A DNA stretch of 63,635 bases, filler included, from Folioceros fuciformis (taxonomy: Eukaryota), in the NCBI GenBank assembly GCA_049999805.1. It is 15 parts of 15 records of this genome, joined end to end, with 100 filler letters (N's around TTAATTAATTAA, not from the genome) between each part and the next. Parts side by side here need not be neighbours in the genome. Positions count along the whole stretch, not along the records: positions 45,888 to 53,807 come from JBNGIO010002204.1; positions 53,908 to 55,439 come from JBNGIO010002205.1; positions 55,540 to 56,938 come from JBNGIO010002206.1; positions 57,039 to 58,730 come from JBNGIO010002208.1; positions 58,831 to 60,174 come from JBNGIO010002210.1; positions 60,275 to 62,503 come from JBNGIO010002211.1; positions 62,604 to 63,635 come from JBNGIO010002260.1; 8 more parts are not named here. One strand, 5' to 3'. Shown piece by piece: positions 51,090 to 62,659 of this stretch (positions are counted from its first letter, which is position 1; the number at the start of each line of letters is the position of its first letter). Under the pieces are notes generated by a model that ran no database searches, was not told the DNA's origin, and saw only the letters and a program-made list of their open reading frames with translations. Both the position numbers and the translations under genes were made by a program.

Positions 51090-52045
51090 CAAGCATAAAC
51101 TCACAAGCCAAGTGATGTCGTGCAAGTCCATAGCTCGACCGATAGCAGCACAGCACTGAGAGACTATAACCTGCGGTGCTGCCGTGGCATGTGCTAGAAA
51201 GCCCATGATCTGCTCACGCTCCTCAATGTGGGGCTCTTCCCATTTCTTTGTGGTGGTGTTGTATAGCAATCTAGCGCCGTTGCTGCGATAGGCAAAGGAG
51301 CCAGGAAAGCTCACTAGGGTAGGCAATGTTTTGCGAGGTTGACCAGGTGTGTTGGTTGGATGCCAAGGTGGTCGCTCACTAGCAACCACATGCCTGGGTT
51401 CATGATTTGCATCCAACACATCCTGCAGCTGCAAGGTGGGATCCCGCTTCGTGTTGTGAAGCACAAGTGCCAAGAGTGAATTAGGGATGAGGTTGGTCCA
51501 GTAGTTGCGTAGACAGTGCGCATAACTACCCACCTGGACAACATCCAAAAGAAAGGGAGCACCAAGATGGTGCTCCACGACTGCCATGTCCTATCACACG
51601 GAGTCCCTCTTGTCAAGCTGAGCTGGGGTGTTCTCGAGGAGATAGCCACAATGTGGATTTTCCTGTTGCACCCATGCCAAGATCTTGTGCAGGTCTCGGA
51701 ACAACCCAGTGCGATGGTCCTCCAACCCCGCTCCTGCGCCTGCTTGGGAGAACCCTTGGAATTCCCAGCCAGCTATTAGCACGTCTACGGATCCCAGGGC
51801 CTGGATGTGGCCTTGTTGGATGTACTTGATGTCTTGAGGTAGTGCTGAGAATGTGGCAGCTAAGACTGCCTCCGATAGCTATGTGGGGAACCTGCTGCGG
51901 AGCTCCTGTAAGCGATGAGCAGCTATCTACCGTGCTTCCCCGCTGCTGTCACAATATACATAATGCCTGATAGGGAGGCCTGCCTTAAGCAAAGCCTCTA
52001 GGCCAGTACAAATGCCGCCAAACAGCTCCACGAGAAAAAGGCCGG
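51090..52045 (-). pseudogene. DNMT3-like C5-cytosine DNA methyltransferase domain within the retrotransposon pol
   Basis: Motifs in canonical order: I LVELFGGICTGLEAL; II YVYCD; III QDI; IV VDVLIAGWEFQGFSQAG; GLF; VI YLLENT; VIII AHCLRNYWTNL; IX EEREQIMGF; X IGRAMD. Same frame as the protease, with in-frame stops. Confidence 0.9.
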
Positions 52046-53198
52046 CGGCTGGGATAGGCCAATCAATCACTTGAGACTTGACATCATGCTCTTGCATGGG
52101 ATCCTTGAGTCCTCGCTGCAATAGATCTTGCACTTGCTAGACATGCTCGTAAGCATCTTCTAGCACACCCTCAACCTATGTGGGATGGTCAGCGGCCTTG
52201 ATCAGATTTGTCAATCTACATGTGGCTGTGGTGTTGCTGGAGTAGCTGTCACAATGCTCCTCCTCTTGCTTTGACTCTAGGTGGTCCGCATCCTGCAAAT
52301 GGTTGCTGGCCAAGGGTGTTCCCTCACTGACTAGGACTGTTGTACATGCTTGTCGCTCTACAAGTGTAGCTGTGTCAGCCTCTGAGATGTCATGCAACCA
52401 AAGGGGTAAGTGTGCCACCCTTCTCCCTCCTTGCTTCTAGTCTGGACGATAATACGCCTACTTTGTCCAGTTGTCCACACTTAAACCTGGTGGAAACAGA
52501 AATTCTTGCCCTAACAGCACGTCATAGTTTGTGGCTGTTGTCACTAGGCATGGAAGACTCAGCGTCATGGCATCTGGAGTGCCTGGCTTGAGTGTAATAT
52601 CCACAGGCTTAACAGTCACTTCGGCGACTGGCTCAATGGCTCCTGACGTTGTCCTTATGCTCCAAGGAGAGCTCTTGAGAGCTTAACCATCAAGGTTGAG
52701 CCTAGTAGCTAATGTCTTGCCAATGATCACTGGTTGAGCACCAGTGTCGAGCAATACAACCCTTGGGGCATACCCATTCACCGTAATATGCCCCGCATCA
52801 TTGTCAAAAAGTGCATTGCCGACTCTGACTGCTAGGCAGTTGGTGGGTTGGATCCTAAGAGAGCTAATGGGTTGAGCAGGCTGCCTTCCAACTGCTGCAA
52901 CTTCAAACATGCTTCCAGCTACTGTCTCCTTGGAGCAAGGTGAGATGCTAGCAGGTACCACCCACCCATCTGGAGCTAGTGGCCAGCATGATGCTCCTGA
53001 AGATAATACAGCTACTTGCGCTGGTTGCAATTCCTTGGGCAAATGCTCATGTCCTAGCCCCATGTCTTGCAAGGAAAATAGAGAAATGCCAATCCATTTC
53101 TCAGATAATTGTTCCACAGTGAAGGCCCTGGGCATCAAGTAGACTGGCCCACTGGTTGACACCTGTGGTTGCGGTGGAGGCTTGTTTATTGTCTGTGG

Positions 53199-53807
53199 TG
53201 ATAAAATGGCTTACTATTAGGGCACTGTTCACTAGAGCACCTAGGACTTAATAATTAATTTAATCCTTAGGGCTCTAGGTAGTTTCTTTTAGTAGTTATT
53301 TAATTGGTTAGTTGTTACAACCACTTAGAGGTTACAACAACCTTGCCTACATGAAGGCATGTACTTTTTATTATAAATCAATGCAACACACATTGCTTGA
53401 GCTTGTGTATGATTCTTATCATGGTATCAGAGCACACTTGCTCTTTGTTTTCTTGTGCATCTTCATGCATCTAAATAGCTTATTTAGGAGACACTTTCTA
53501 CTCTAGCATTTGCCTAGATGGATTGTGTTTATCCTAGAATTGTTATCTCTGCATGCATTTCTTTTATGCTAACATTTCTCTTCTAACAATGCTTTTATGC
53601 ACTAATTCTTTGTCCTTCTTCCATGGATTTGTGTTCCCTTAGAAGAAGAAGGCATATAGTTAAGAAGAGAGATAGTCCTGCAAGACAACAAGAACAAATT
53701 AGGAGTCCAACACATAAAAGCAATAGAAGACAACAAGCTATAGAGGGAGAGATAGAAGAAACCTCCTCTTGTATAGCAAATTTCATTGCATCTATTTTAA
53801 TTTCTAA
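53199..53807 (+). mobile_element. 5' LTR (53199-53421) and tRNA-Met PBS of an element inserted into the Gypsy 5' region
   Basis: TGATAA..TTATCA inverted termini, then TGGTATCAGAGC at 53422. Confidence 0.85.
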
Positions 53808-53907
53808 NNNNNNNNNNNNNNNNNNNNNNNNNNNNNNNNNNNNNNNNNNNNTTAATTAATTAANNNNNNNNNNNNNNNNNNNNNNNNNNNNNNNNNNNNN
53901 NNNNNNN

Positions 53908-55392
53908 CACCGTTGTCGAAATGTAAGTTCTTGAGTTTGTGATATGTAAGCCTTTCTGCCCATGCCATGTAATCCTTGAAAAACTAATAAGTTTCACTCT
54001 TTTGGGTGAGGATGTAGGAGAGGTAGAAACGGGAATAGTCGTCGGTGAAAGTGTGGGCAAGCGGGTGTGGTACCCCTACTAGGCACCCGCTCACATGTAT
54101 CGTGGCCACATCAATTCCACGGTCGTTGTAGGCTTCCCCGGAATCGCTCCCCTCTGAGCCTAGTCACTTACGTCTATTGTTCCCCTACAATAGTCAACCC
54201 TCCCAACCACATACCTACCAATCCTGCCACACGTCCAGTCAGTAGGTAGGCACCATTCCTTCACTTGGAAGGGCCCCATTACCTCTCCTACCAATTTCTA
54301 CCTCCCAATCACGTACCTACTATTCGTGCAACACGTCCAGGCAATAGGTAGGCACCATTCCTTCACTTGGAAGCGCCCCAGTACCTCCCCTACCGATTTC
54401 TACCTCCCTACGTTCAATACCTTTTCCTCACAAGGCTCCCTACAACACCTTCCTCTACCCACAATCTAGTTGCTCGTCTCCCTATGACCAACGACCAAGT
54501 TTTCCTCCAAGCCTGCTCCGCTCCCTCCAATTGTGTTTATCGCTCACCTTCGACATTCAACCTTCCCTAGCGCATACCTTCAACACGTCCAGTCGGTAGG
54601 AAGCCACCATTCCTTCACTTGGCACGGCCCCAGTACCTTCCTATGCTCCGCTGAGCATGAGAACTCGCCATGAGAAGAGTGCAGAATAGGGTGGTTGATT
54701 TCTTTGTGTAGCCCCTCCTTATAGGAGAGATCGACACATGAACCCTCTCCTACATGTAGGTGGTGGGCTACCCTTCTCTCACATTAGGCGCCACCAACTT
54801 TAACTGCGCACACTTACCAAGAGGCTAAGTCCTACCAATAATTGCTAGGGCAATGTGCGCGCTGAAGATTAGGACTTTCGGTGCCGCCATAAAAGATTCG
54901 TTGACCCCCTTTTCAAAAAGGTGTGGCTAGGATGGTTCCTGAAGGGAGGTAGAGTCTGAAGGCTGAGCCACTAGGCCCCCCTCCATTATTGGGATTCGTC
55001 TTCTCTTGGATCCATGAACTTCCACCGTACCTTCCTCTGTGTAGATCTCTTAGGCTATCCCCTCACCACTACCTACAGGTTTGGTAGGGGAGGGATCCTC
55101 TTGTTCCTCAACTTGAGGCTCCTTTCCTACTTAGGGTGGGAATGTTCCCTTTGTACGTAGGCTCCCTGTTGCTCCCTTCGTAGGTAGGTTCCCTACCATT
55201 ACTTCCCCTCCCCTCGTAGGTAGGTTGCCTACCCCTCCTCTCGTAGGTAGGTTCCCTACCATTCCCACCCATTGTCGTAGGTAGACAGCCTACCCCATTG
55301 CCGTAGGTGGATGTCTACCGTATTAGTACCTTCCCTACCTACGTAGGTATCTTCCATTTTCCCCACGTAGGTACTCTCTCTACGTATGTAGG
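53908..55392. repeat. Dispersed CCTAC/GTAGG-rich repeat family
   Basis: Internal direct repeats ACACGTCCAG..CACCATTCCTTCACTTGG occur three times. 55288-55392 matches 32070-32175. Confidence 0.6.
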
Positions 55393-55929
55393 TGTGAACC
55401 TCCAAAGTTTGGGGTAGTAGTTTGTTTTGGTTGAAAAAGNNNNNNNNNNNNNNNNNNNNNNNNNNNNNNNNNNNNNNNNNNNNTTAATTAATTAANNNNN
55501 NNNNNNNNNNNNNNNNNNNNNNNNNNNNNNNNNNNNNNNTTAACAAGCAGAATGATGTCCTAGCGCATTTCACGTTAACAAGCAGAACGATGTCCTAGCG
55601 CATTTCACGTCAACAAGCAGAACGTACCTGGATGGAGAACACATGTTAGATAAAAAGGCTTCAACAATAAATACAAGAGTTACCAAAACCTATTATAATT
55701 TGAATGTGGTAACATGCTTCTTCCCAAGTCACATGAAAGCGTAAAAAAAAAAAAAAAACTGCCAAGATAGATAGTTATAGGATTTCCGAGGCTTAAAACC
55801 ATCATAAAATAAGAAAAAATAATGAAAAATAACGCATGAAATAATAAATATTAAACCAAGTTAAAAATAATAATTATTATTTTTTACTTCATACACTCCT
55901 ATATACATAAATACGTACTTACTTCTCTC

Positions 55930-56470
55930 TTGGTCCTCCTTCTCTTGCCTTCTCCTTCTTCTCCCTTGCCTTTTCCCTCCTCCCTCTCTCTCTTGTGCCA
56001 TGTACCCTCTTGCTCCTTGCTCTCTCTTGCTCCTTGCTCCCTCTTGCTCCTTGCTCCCTCTTGCTCTCTCCTTCCACCTTCGTTTAGGCCTCCTTGCTTC
56101 CTTTTGCTCCTTGTTCCCTTGCTCCCCCTTGCTCCTTGTTCCCTCTTGCTCTCTCCTTCCACCTTTGCTTGGGCCTCCTTGCTTCCTCTTGCTCCTTACT
56201 CCCTTGCTCCCTCTTGCTCCTTGCTCCATCTTGCTCCTTGCTCCCTCTTGCTCCTTGCTCCGTCTTGCTCCTTGCTCCCTCTTGCTCCTTGCTCCCTCTT
56301 GTTCTCTCCTTCCACCTTTGCTTAGGCCTCCTTGCTCCCTCCTTCTTCTCTTGCTTTGGGCCCATCCAAGTCCTTTGTGATTGGCCTTCTCTTGCTTTGG
56401 GCCCATCCAAGTCCTACATTGTGATTGGCCTTCTCTTGCTTTGGGCCCATCCAAGTCTCGCATTGTGATT
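55930..56470. repeat. TTGCTCC-based low-complexity satellite ending in GGGCCCATCCAAGTC units
   Basis: The repeated TTGCTCC(CTC) units are directly visible. ORFs here are artefacts of the repeat. Confidence 0.9.
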
Positions 56471-57038
56471 AGATAAATTAGATATTAATATTATCCATAC
56501 TATTTTAAGCATAATATATATTATATAAAAAAATAAAAATAACATTTATAGAATTGGACTATAGCCATTGGGAGTGCCTATTTTCCTAAAATAAGTAACA
56601 TATAACATTTATAGAAAAATTACATTTAGCCTTACTCCCCAACTAGGGAGTACCCAAACCTCTAACATTTATAGAGGTATAACATTTAGCGAGGTCCCAT
56701 TTACAGAGAGCGGACTATAATCTAAAGCCAGCTGACATGACAATGGGTGACCCCCCACTTAATTACCCACCTACCCATATGGAAGTCCTACCTAATTAAA
56801 TGGTCCATAACTTCACCGTTAAAGTTCAACGTTAATTATATATCTTTCCATCATCAGTGCCCAATATTACAATCTAGGTGGGAAATTCTTAAGAGAGTAG
56901 AAGGCCACTAATCTTCTTGTGTGCATACTAATGTATGTNNNNNNNNNNNNNNNNNNNNNNNNNNNNNNNNNNNNNNNNNNNNTTAATTAATTAANNNNNN
57001 NNNNNNNNNNNNNNNNNNNNNNNNNNNNNNNNNNNNNN

Positions 57039-57795
57039 CCGGCCAAGCCCATTGGGTTGCCGTCAAGCGCATTCTTAGATACCTGTAAGATACCAAGCGC
57101 AAGGGCATCAAATATCAAGGTGGGTGTGGAGCCCAAACTAAGCTTACAGGTTGGACGGATGCAGATTATAGAGGAGACCCTGACTCACGTAAATCAACCA
57201 GTGGCTACGTTTTCCTCTTGGCAGGGGGTGCTATTAGCTGGAAAGCTAAGAAACAGACATCCATAGCTCAAAGCTCTGCGGAATCAGAATACATTGCCAC
57301 TGCTGCTGCTGCCAAGGAGGGTCTCTGGTTGGTTCAACTATTAAAGGATCTGGGCTACCCACATAACGGGCCCATCGAAATCCTTTGTAACAATCAGGCA
57401 GCTATTCTACTCTCCAATGATTTCCGTTTTCACGAACGCTCTAAGCACATCGAGATTCGTTATCACTTCCTACGCACAAAGGTGGAGAGTGGGGAACTAT
57501 ATCTCACCTATGTATCTACAGAGGATCAGGTGGCGGATATATTTACCAAGCCACTGTCCAAGGTCAAGCACTCACACTTCACCAGGGCGTTAGGACTCAC
57601 AGATCATTCTTGATGTCCCAATCTCCTCGTTTGCACTTAAGGGGGTGTGTGAACATGTAGAAATACGCGTAGATAAGCTGATTGTAGAATTCAGGACACC
57701 AGTGAACACGTCTGTTCGTGAACGGTTGCGACCCTTCGGGACTCGTCTCCCTCATGCCCCTAGAGCATAAGCCTTGTACAGATATTACAACACAC
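57039..57795 (+). mobile_element. Ty1/Copia RNase H, PPT and 3' LTR start
   Basis: GGAISWKAKKQTSIAQSSAESEY..NNQAAI..HERSKHIEIRYHF..QVADIFTKPL. TTAAGGGGG precedes TG at 57646. Confidence 0.9.
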
Positions 57796-57847
57796 AATAT
57801 ATATGTATATAGAATCCTATCGTCTCACCATTCTTACCATAAGACAA

Positions 57848-58730
57848 TGCAAACCCTAAAATTTGGAATATTCGGCCTAGATCAAGTTGGGAGAATATTA
57901 TGTGAAGATCCAACCCTAAAAAGAGAATATTGTGTGAAAATCATCCAACCCTAGGGAACAGGAAACCTGTATCACAAATTTACAGAGTGTGAACATGAAA
58001 ACGAAGAGTTGTGGCGTTTTTCTATGTCTCTTTGGTGTGGAGTCCGGTTTGGTCGGTTTACCAAAACGGACAGGAAAAATATGGGCATCAAAAGGGAATA
58101 TTTGGGTAGATACGAAAGCATTAAAAAATGTATAGTGAGAGAGTGTCCCCTTTGGTATGTCATATTCGTCATCCCGTTTAGGATTTGCGTGGAGAGGTGG
58201 AACGGATTGGTATTTGGTGTATATACTATTAGGGTGTACTTCGGGGGTGAACAACATAGAAAGACCCTTTCCAAGGATGAGTACACGTATATTCTTCTCC
58301 TCCACACAGCTTGTGGCACTCCGGCAACATACTGTAGTGTCGGTTGTGTTGTCGAATAGATATCGGTATTCAAGTAGCATTTTTGCCTCCCTGTCGCAAG
58401 CTTCGAGGTGAAGGAGTATGGCATACCAAAGGGGACACGCTCTCACTATACTTTTTTTAAGGGTTTCCCATGGGGTATCTACCTGAATATTCCCTTTTGA
58501 TGCTTATATTTTTCCAACCAAAACGGACTCCGCACCAAAGGGGACATAGAAAAAACACCACAACTCTTCGTTTTCATGTTCACACTCTATAAATTTGTCA
58601 TACAGGTTTCCTGTTCCCTAGGGTTGGATCTTCACAGAATATTCTCTTTTTAGGGTTGGATCTTCACAAAATATTCGCTTTTTAGGGTTGGATCCCAAAA
58701 TATTCTTGGGCAGAATATGTAGAGTTTGCA
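57848..58730. mobile_element. Foldback / long-TIR non-autonomous DNA element
   Basis: Arms ~57848-58170 and ~58408-58730 are reverse complements (e.g. CCCTAGGGAACAGGAAACCTGTAT vs ATACAGGTTTCCTGTTCCCTAGGG). Termini are TGCAAAC../..GTTTGCA. Confidence 0.8.
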
Positions 58731-60274
58731 NNNNNNNNNNNNNNNNNNNNNNNNNNNNNNNNNNNNNNNNNNNNTTAATTAATTAANNNNNNNNNNNNNN
58801 NNNNNNNNNNNNNNNNNNNNNNNNNNNNNNCTGCACCCCACCTGAGGATCCAAGATTCAAAACGTCATCATGCATAGAAACGTTTCGAAACGGTGCCGAA
58901 AATACTTCATTAGGGCACCCTTCGCGAATGGGTGCCAAAAATAATTCATTAGGGCATCGTTCGCGAACGGGTGCCCTTAAATTTTTTTTAGGGCACCGCA
59001 TTCGCGTAACGGTGCCGGACAGTTACCAACGCACGCGAGACGCGCGCGGGCATAACCATCCATAGCTCCAGAATCTTCAGCCCCTTCGATCTGGGGCTCA
59101 GGTAATCCAGATGAGAAACCACCAGTCATAGCATTTGCGCCGGAGGAGGGCAACGTTGTCGACCCAGGATTGTAAGAGATGCAACCAAGATCTGCAACTG
59201 TATGGTTATGAAAGACCGGAAAGAGATCTGGAATGAAATTTGCTTCAAGATGCTTCAAATCTTGGATAGAATCAACCGTATCATCTAGGATATGGTCGTC
59301 ATTGAGAGGCGCTGGTGGTGGAGGATAATTGCAGCAGTTTTGTAAAGTTTCTTTTGGAAGATTTGCGGAAGAATGGCTGTTGTGATCTGGCGCCTTTGCT
59401 TGTGAGACCTCTTGAGGTTGACAATGCTCAGCTCTCCTGAATTTTGAAAGGAAATTAGCAGCAGCGGAAATCTCTTCTTGCAAATGCTGATCAATCGATG
59501 CACGGCTTACAGCCTGTAGATTATTGCCTTGAGAGTTGCCCAATTTGTGTTAAGAAGTTTGCTGATCGTGCATACGCTCAAAGCCAGATGCACAATCAAG
59601 ATTAGATGAACATGCAACATTAGCAGGTTTGATAGGAACTTGCTGAGTATTCAAAGAAGGTGTTGTTGTCCCTCCATCAGCATAATACAATCTCTTAGCA
59701 GAAACCTTAGAGTGATGTAGGCCTGATCGATTAGAAGGTCTAGACGATGTATTGCTTTGAATAGGTGTAGTTAAAGAATAATAGGGTGAGATCGTCTTCT
59801 TGTTATATGAATGATAGGAGGAGGACATCAGATTCTCGTCAATTGAAATATCTCCACAATAGCAAAGCAAGTGTGAATTGTAACTAGATGACCTTTGATT
59901 GATAAAAGTCGATAAAGATGGTACTAGGTTATTAGCAAGGAAGAAGTTGGATAGCAAATATGCTATCTTGCTTCCCAAACTATTGAAAATAGATGAATTC
60001 AACCTATTATAGGAATGGGATCGTCTAGTGTGTACTCTACGTCTACTTCTCCTTTCTAGTTCTCCACTTGTCCTAGCATGATAACTCTTGTTATTGTGTC
60101 TTCTTGTCATGTCACAGAGAGTTAACGCGTTAACTGATTTGCCATCAAAGTTTGACTTTCATTTTGGATAGGTANNNNNNNNNNNNNNNNNNNNNNNNNN
60201 NNNNNNNNNNNNNNNNNNTTAATTAATTAANNNNNNNNNNNNNNNNNNNNNNNNNNNNNNNNNNNNNNNNNNNN

Positions 60275-60767
60275 TGTCTCATGGCGTCTGGTAAGGTTGT
60301 GGGGAGGAGATATCCAAGAGGGGAGTGTGTTCCCTTCTTTCTTTTCTTTGGGGTTAGTCTAGTGACTCTTGCCAGGTAGGAGGAGTTAGCAGGGAAGTGT
60401 CGAAGGTAGTGGTGTCATTGTTAGTTGCTGGTGTTGGTGCTGGAGTGAGAGAGTGAGTGAAGCGAGTGAGGTAAGTCGCAGATCTAAGAGGTTAGGGTCG
60501 TTGTAGTGACTGGAGTGAGTTTGTGGGCACCAAGAGAGGTGCAGCTGACTGCCGGACAGCGAGGCCTGTCCTACGCCTGATCGGAGCTGGAGGGGAGGCC
60601 TCGAATCCATCATCGAGTCGATCAAGTCCGACCCTCCATCCACAGCAGCAAGGAACCCCATCGCTCCTTCGTGGGAACGAAACCCAATGTCTCAACGACA
60701 GTGGGATAAGCGTGGCCACTAAAGGTGGAACCCGTTGGCAATCAGTGCTCGGGGTTTTGCCTCCACA
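60275..60767 (-). mobile_element. LTR family B, copy 5 (partial), inserted in a Copia RT
   Basis: TGTGGAGGC terminus at 60767 abuts SKWVFKLK. Confidence 0.85.
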
Positions 60768-61830
60768 GTCCAAATGGGTCTTCAAGTTAAAGCTGCAAGC
60801 AGACAGTAGTATTGATAGATACAAAGCAAGGGTTGTTGCGAAAGGATACACAGAAATTCCTGGAGTGGACTATGACAATACATTTAGTCCAATCGTCAAG
60901 CTAACAACACTCAGATTGTTTGTGGCACTTGTAGTAGTGGGAGACTATGATCTGGAACAGCTAGATGTGACCACTGCATTCCTATATGGGAACCTCCAAG
61001 AGGAAATCTATATGACAGAGCCCTCAAGAGTTGACATTCCACACAACCTGCAAAATCTAGTCTGCAAGCTGCATAAATCCTTGTATGGGCTCAAATAGAG
61101 CCCGAGGGCCTGGTACTCACGTATAGACAACTATCTCAAGTCAATTGGCTATGAAAACATCAATGCTGATAGCAATGTCTATATAAAGCGAGGAGGGAGA
61201 GAGTTTTTAGCACTTGCCATATATGTCGATGATATACTTATAATGAGTAACTCCCTTCGGATGATAGAAGAATTGAGACAGCAGCTAAGCAAGGCAGTGA
61301 AGATTACTACAGGAGGTGCTCTGGAGTTTTGCCTTGGCATGCAGTTGTTACCAAACCTCAAGAATGGAACTATATTCCTACATCAGACAAAATACGCATA
61401 AGAAATCCTTGCTAGATTTGAAATGAGTAACTGCAAACCCATCTCAACACCTATCGAGCAAAACACCAAGTATTATGCACAGGTGGGTGACATACCTGCA
61501 GAGGACGCAAAGAAGGTACAACAATATCCCTCCAGAAATGGAAGCGTTATGCACCTGATGATAGGATCTCGTCCAGACCTTGCATTTAGCTCTAGCCTGA
61601 CCTCAAGGTTTGTTTCAAACCCAAACCTCCACCATAACGCTTTGATGACAAGGCTCTACAGGTATATAGCAGCCACCTACGACTGGGGCATCCTGTACAG
61701 CTCAAAATCCAAAAATGCATTGTAGTTAGTGGCTTACAGTGATGCCAACTAGGCCGCCGACCCTGATAGCAGAAAGAGCGTCTCTAGCTATGTTACCTTG
61801 CTTGCTGGAGGTGTTGTGTCCTGGAGCTAA
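60768..61830 (+). mobile_element. Ty1/Copia RT and start of RNase H (decayed)
   Basis: KWVFKLK..RYKARVVAKGY, QLDVTTAFLYG, LHKSLYGLK, IYVDD, SRPDLAF. Several stops. Confidence 0.92.
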
Positions 61831-61840
61831 CGAAAGTGGA

Positions 61841-62167
61841 TGCCCTAACTAGCCTGTTTCCCGGCGTCAAGTAGTGTTTAGGTCATAACGGGAATATATA
61901 TATAAAAACGAATGGTACTCTATCGAACCGATAGCCGTCAACCGGCGTACCGGTTCACGGGACACGGCCTTGTAGGCCTCACACACACATACACATGTAT
62001 CTTTAATCTAAGCTTCTTCCTCTACACTGTGTGCTACCAATCCTACGCTATGGTATCAGAGCCACGCTGTGGACTCTGCCAAGCCTCCATCGCGTGTGTG
62101 TAAAATCTGCAAGTTCGAGTGCTGCATCAAAAATCTGGCTCACGAGCACTTTAGAGCTGTGATAGCA
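61841..62167 (+). mobile_element. Short LTR with tRNA-Met PBS and leader
   Basis: TGGTATCAGAGCC at 62051. The LTR start is approximate. Confidence 0.55.
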
Positions 62168-62503
62168 TGTGGAGGCAAAACCCCGGGCACTGATTGCCGA
62201 CGGATTCCACCTTTAGTGGCCACACTTATCCCACTGTCGTTGAGACATTGGGTTTCGTTCCCACGAAGGAGCGATGGGGTTCCTTGCTGCTGTGGATGGA
62301 GGGTCGGACTTGATCGACTCGATGACGGATTCGAGGGCTCCCCTCCAGCTCCGATCAGGCGTAGGACAGGCCTCGCTGTCCGGCGGTCAGCTGCACGTCT
62401 TTCGGTGCCCACAAACTCACTCCAGTCACTACAACGACTCTAACCTCTCAGATCTGCGTCTTCCTTCACTCACTTCACTCACTCTCTCGCTCCAGCACCA
62501 ACA
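62168..62503 (+). mobile_element. LTR family B, copy 6 (partial)
   Basis: TGTGGAGGCAAAACC start at 62168, running to the contig edge. Confidence 0.85.
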
Positions 62504-62659
62504 NNNNNNNNNNNNNNNNNNNNNNNNNNNNNNNNNNNNNNNNNNNNTTAATTAATTAANNNNNNNNNNNNNNNNNNNNNNNNNNNNNNNNNNNNNNNNN
62601 NNNCCACATTCAAGGGAGGAAGAAAAAAAAAAAAAAAATCTCCCCCTCACTTTTCAATG

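Larger units (their letters stand above)
47786..53198 (-). mobile_element. Ty3/Gypsy retrotransposon with domain order PR - C5 DNA methyltransferase - RT - RNase H - IN - PHD (pseudogenised; gag end cut by an insertion)
   Basis: PR VLLDTGAQ..YDVLLG; RT RMCGDYRPIN..DRYPMP..VMPFG..YIDD; RH TD..GLGAVL..E.LAAVWAV..TDH; IN HNDMGH..CEPC, TDRGSEF. Candidate PPT (G8CAGGGA, 47800-47787) precedes TG at 47786. One reading frame apart from two frameshifts (C14 run at 50958-50971; ~50275). Confidence 0.93.

Noticed and set aside
51090-52045. Alternative reading of the MTase as a host DRM/DNMT3 gene or a bacterial restriction-modification contaminant
   Set aside because: It is intronless, in frame with the retroviral-type protease, flanked by Gypsy domains on one contig and decayed like the rest of the element. 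Its motifs are not circularly permuted as in DRM.
55861-56468. 100-200-aa ORFs (EQEGARSK.. / LLAPSCSL..)
   Set aside because: Translations of a TTGCTCC satellite.
58831-60174. Two ~187-aa minus-strand ORFs and three short GGCACC..GGTGCC hairpin units
   Set aside because: No recognisable motif. Probably a decayed retroelement linker, but it cannot be supported from sequence alone.
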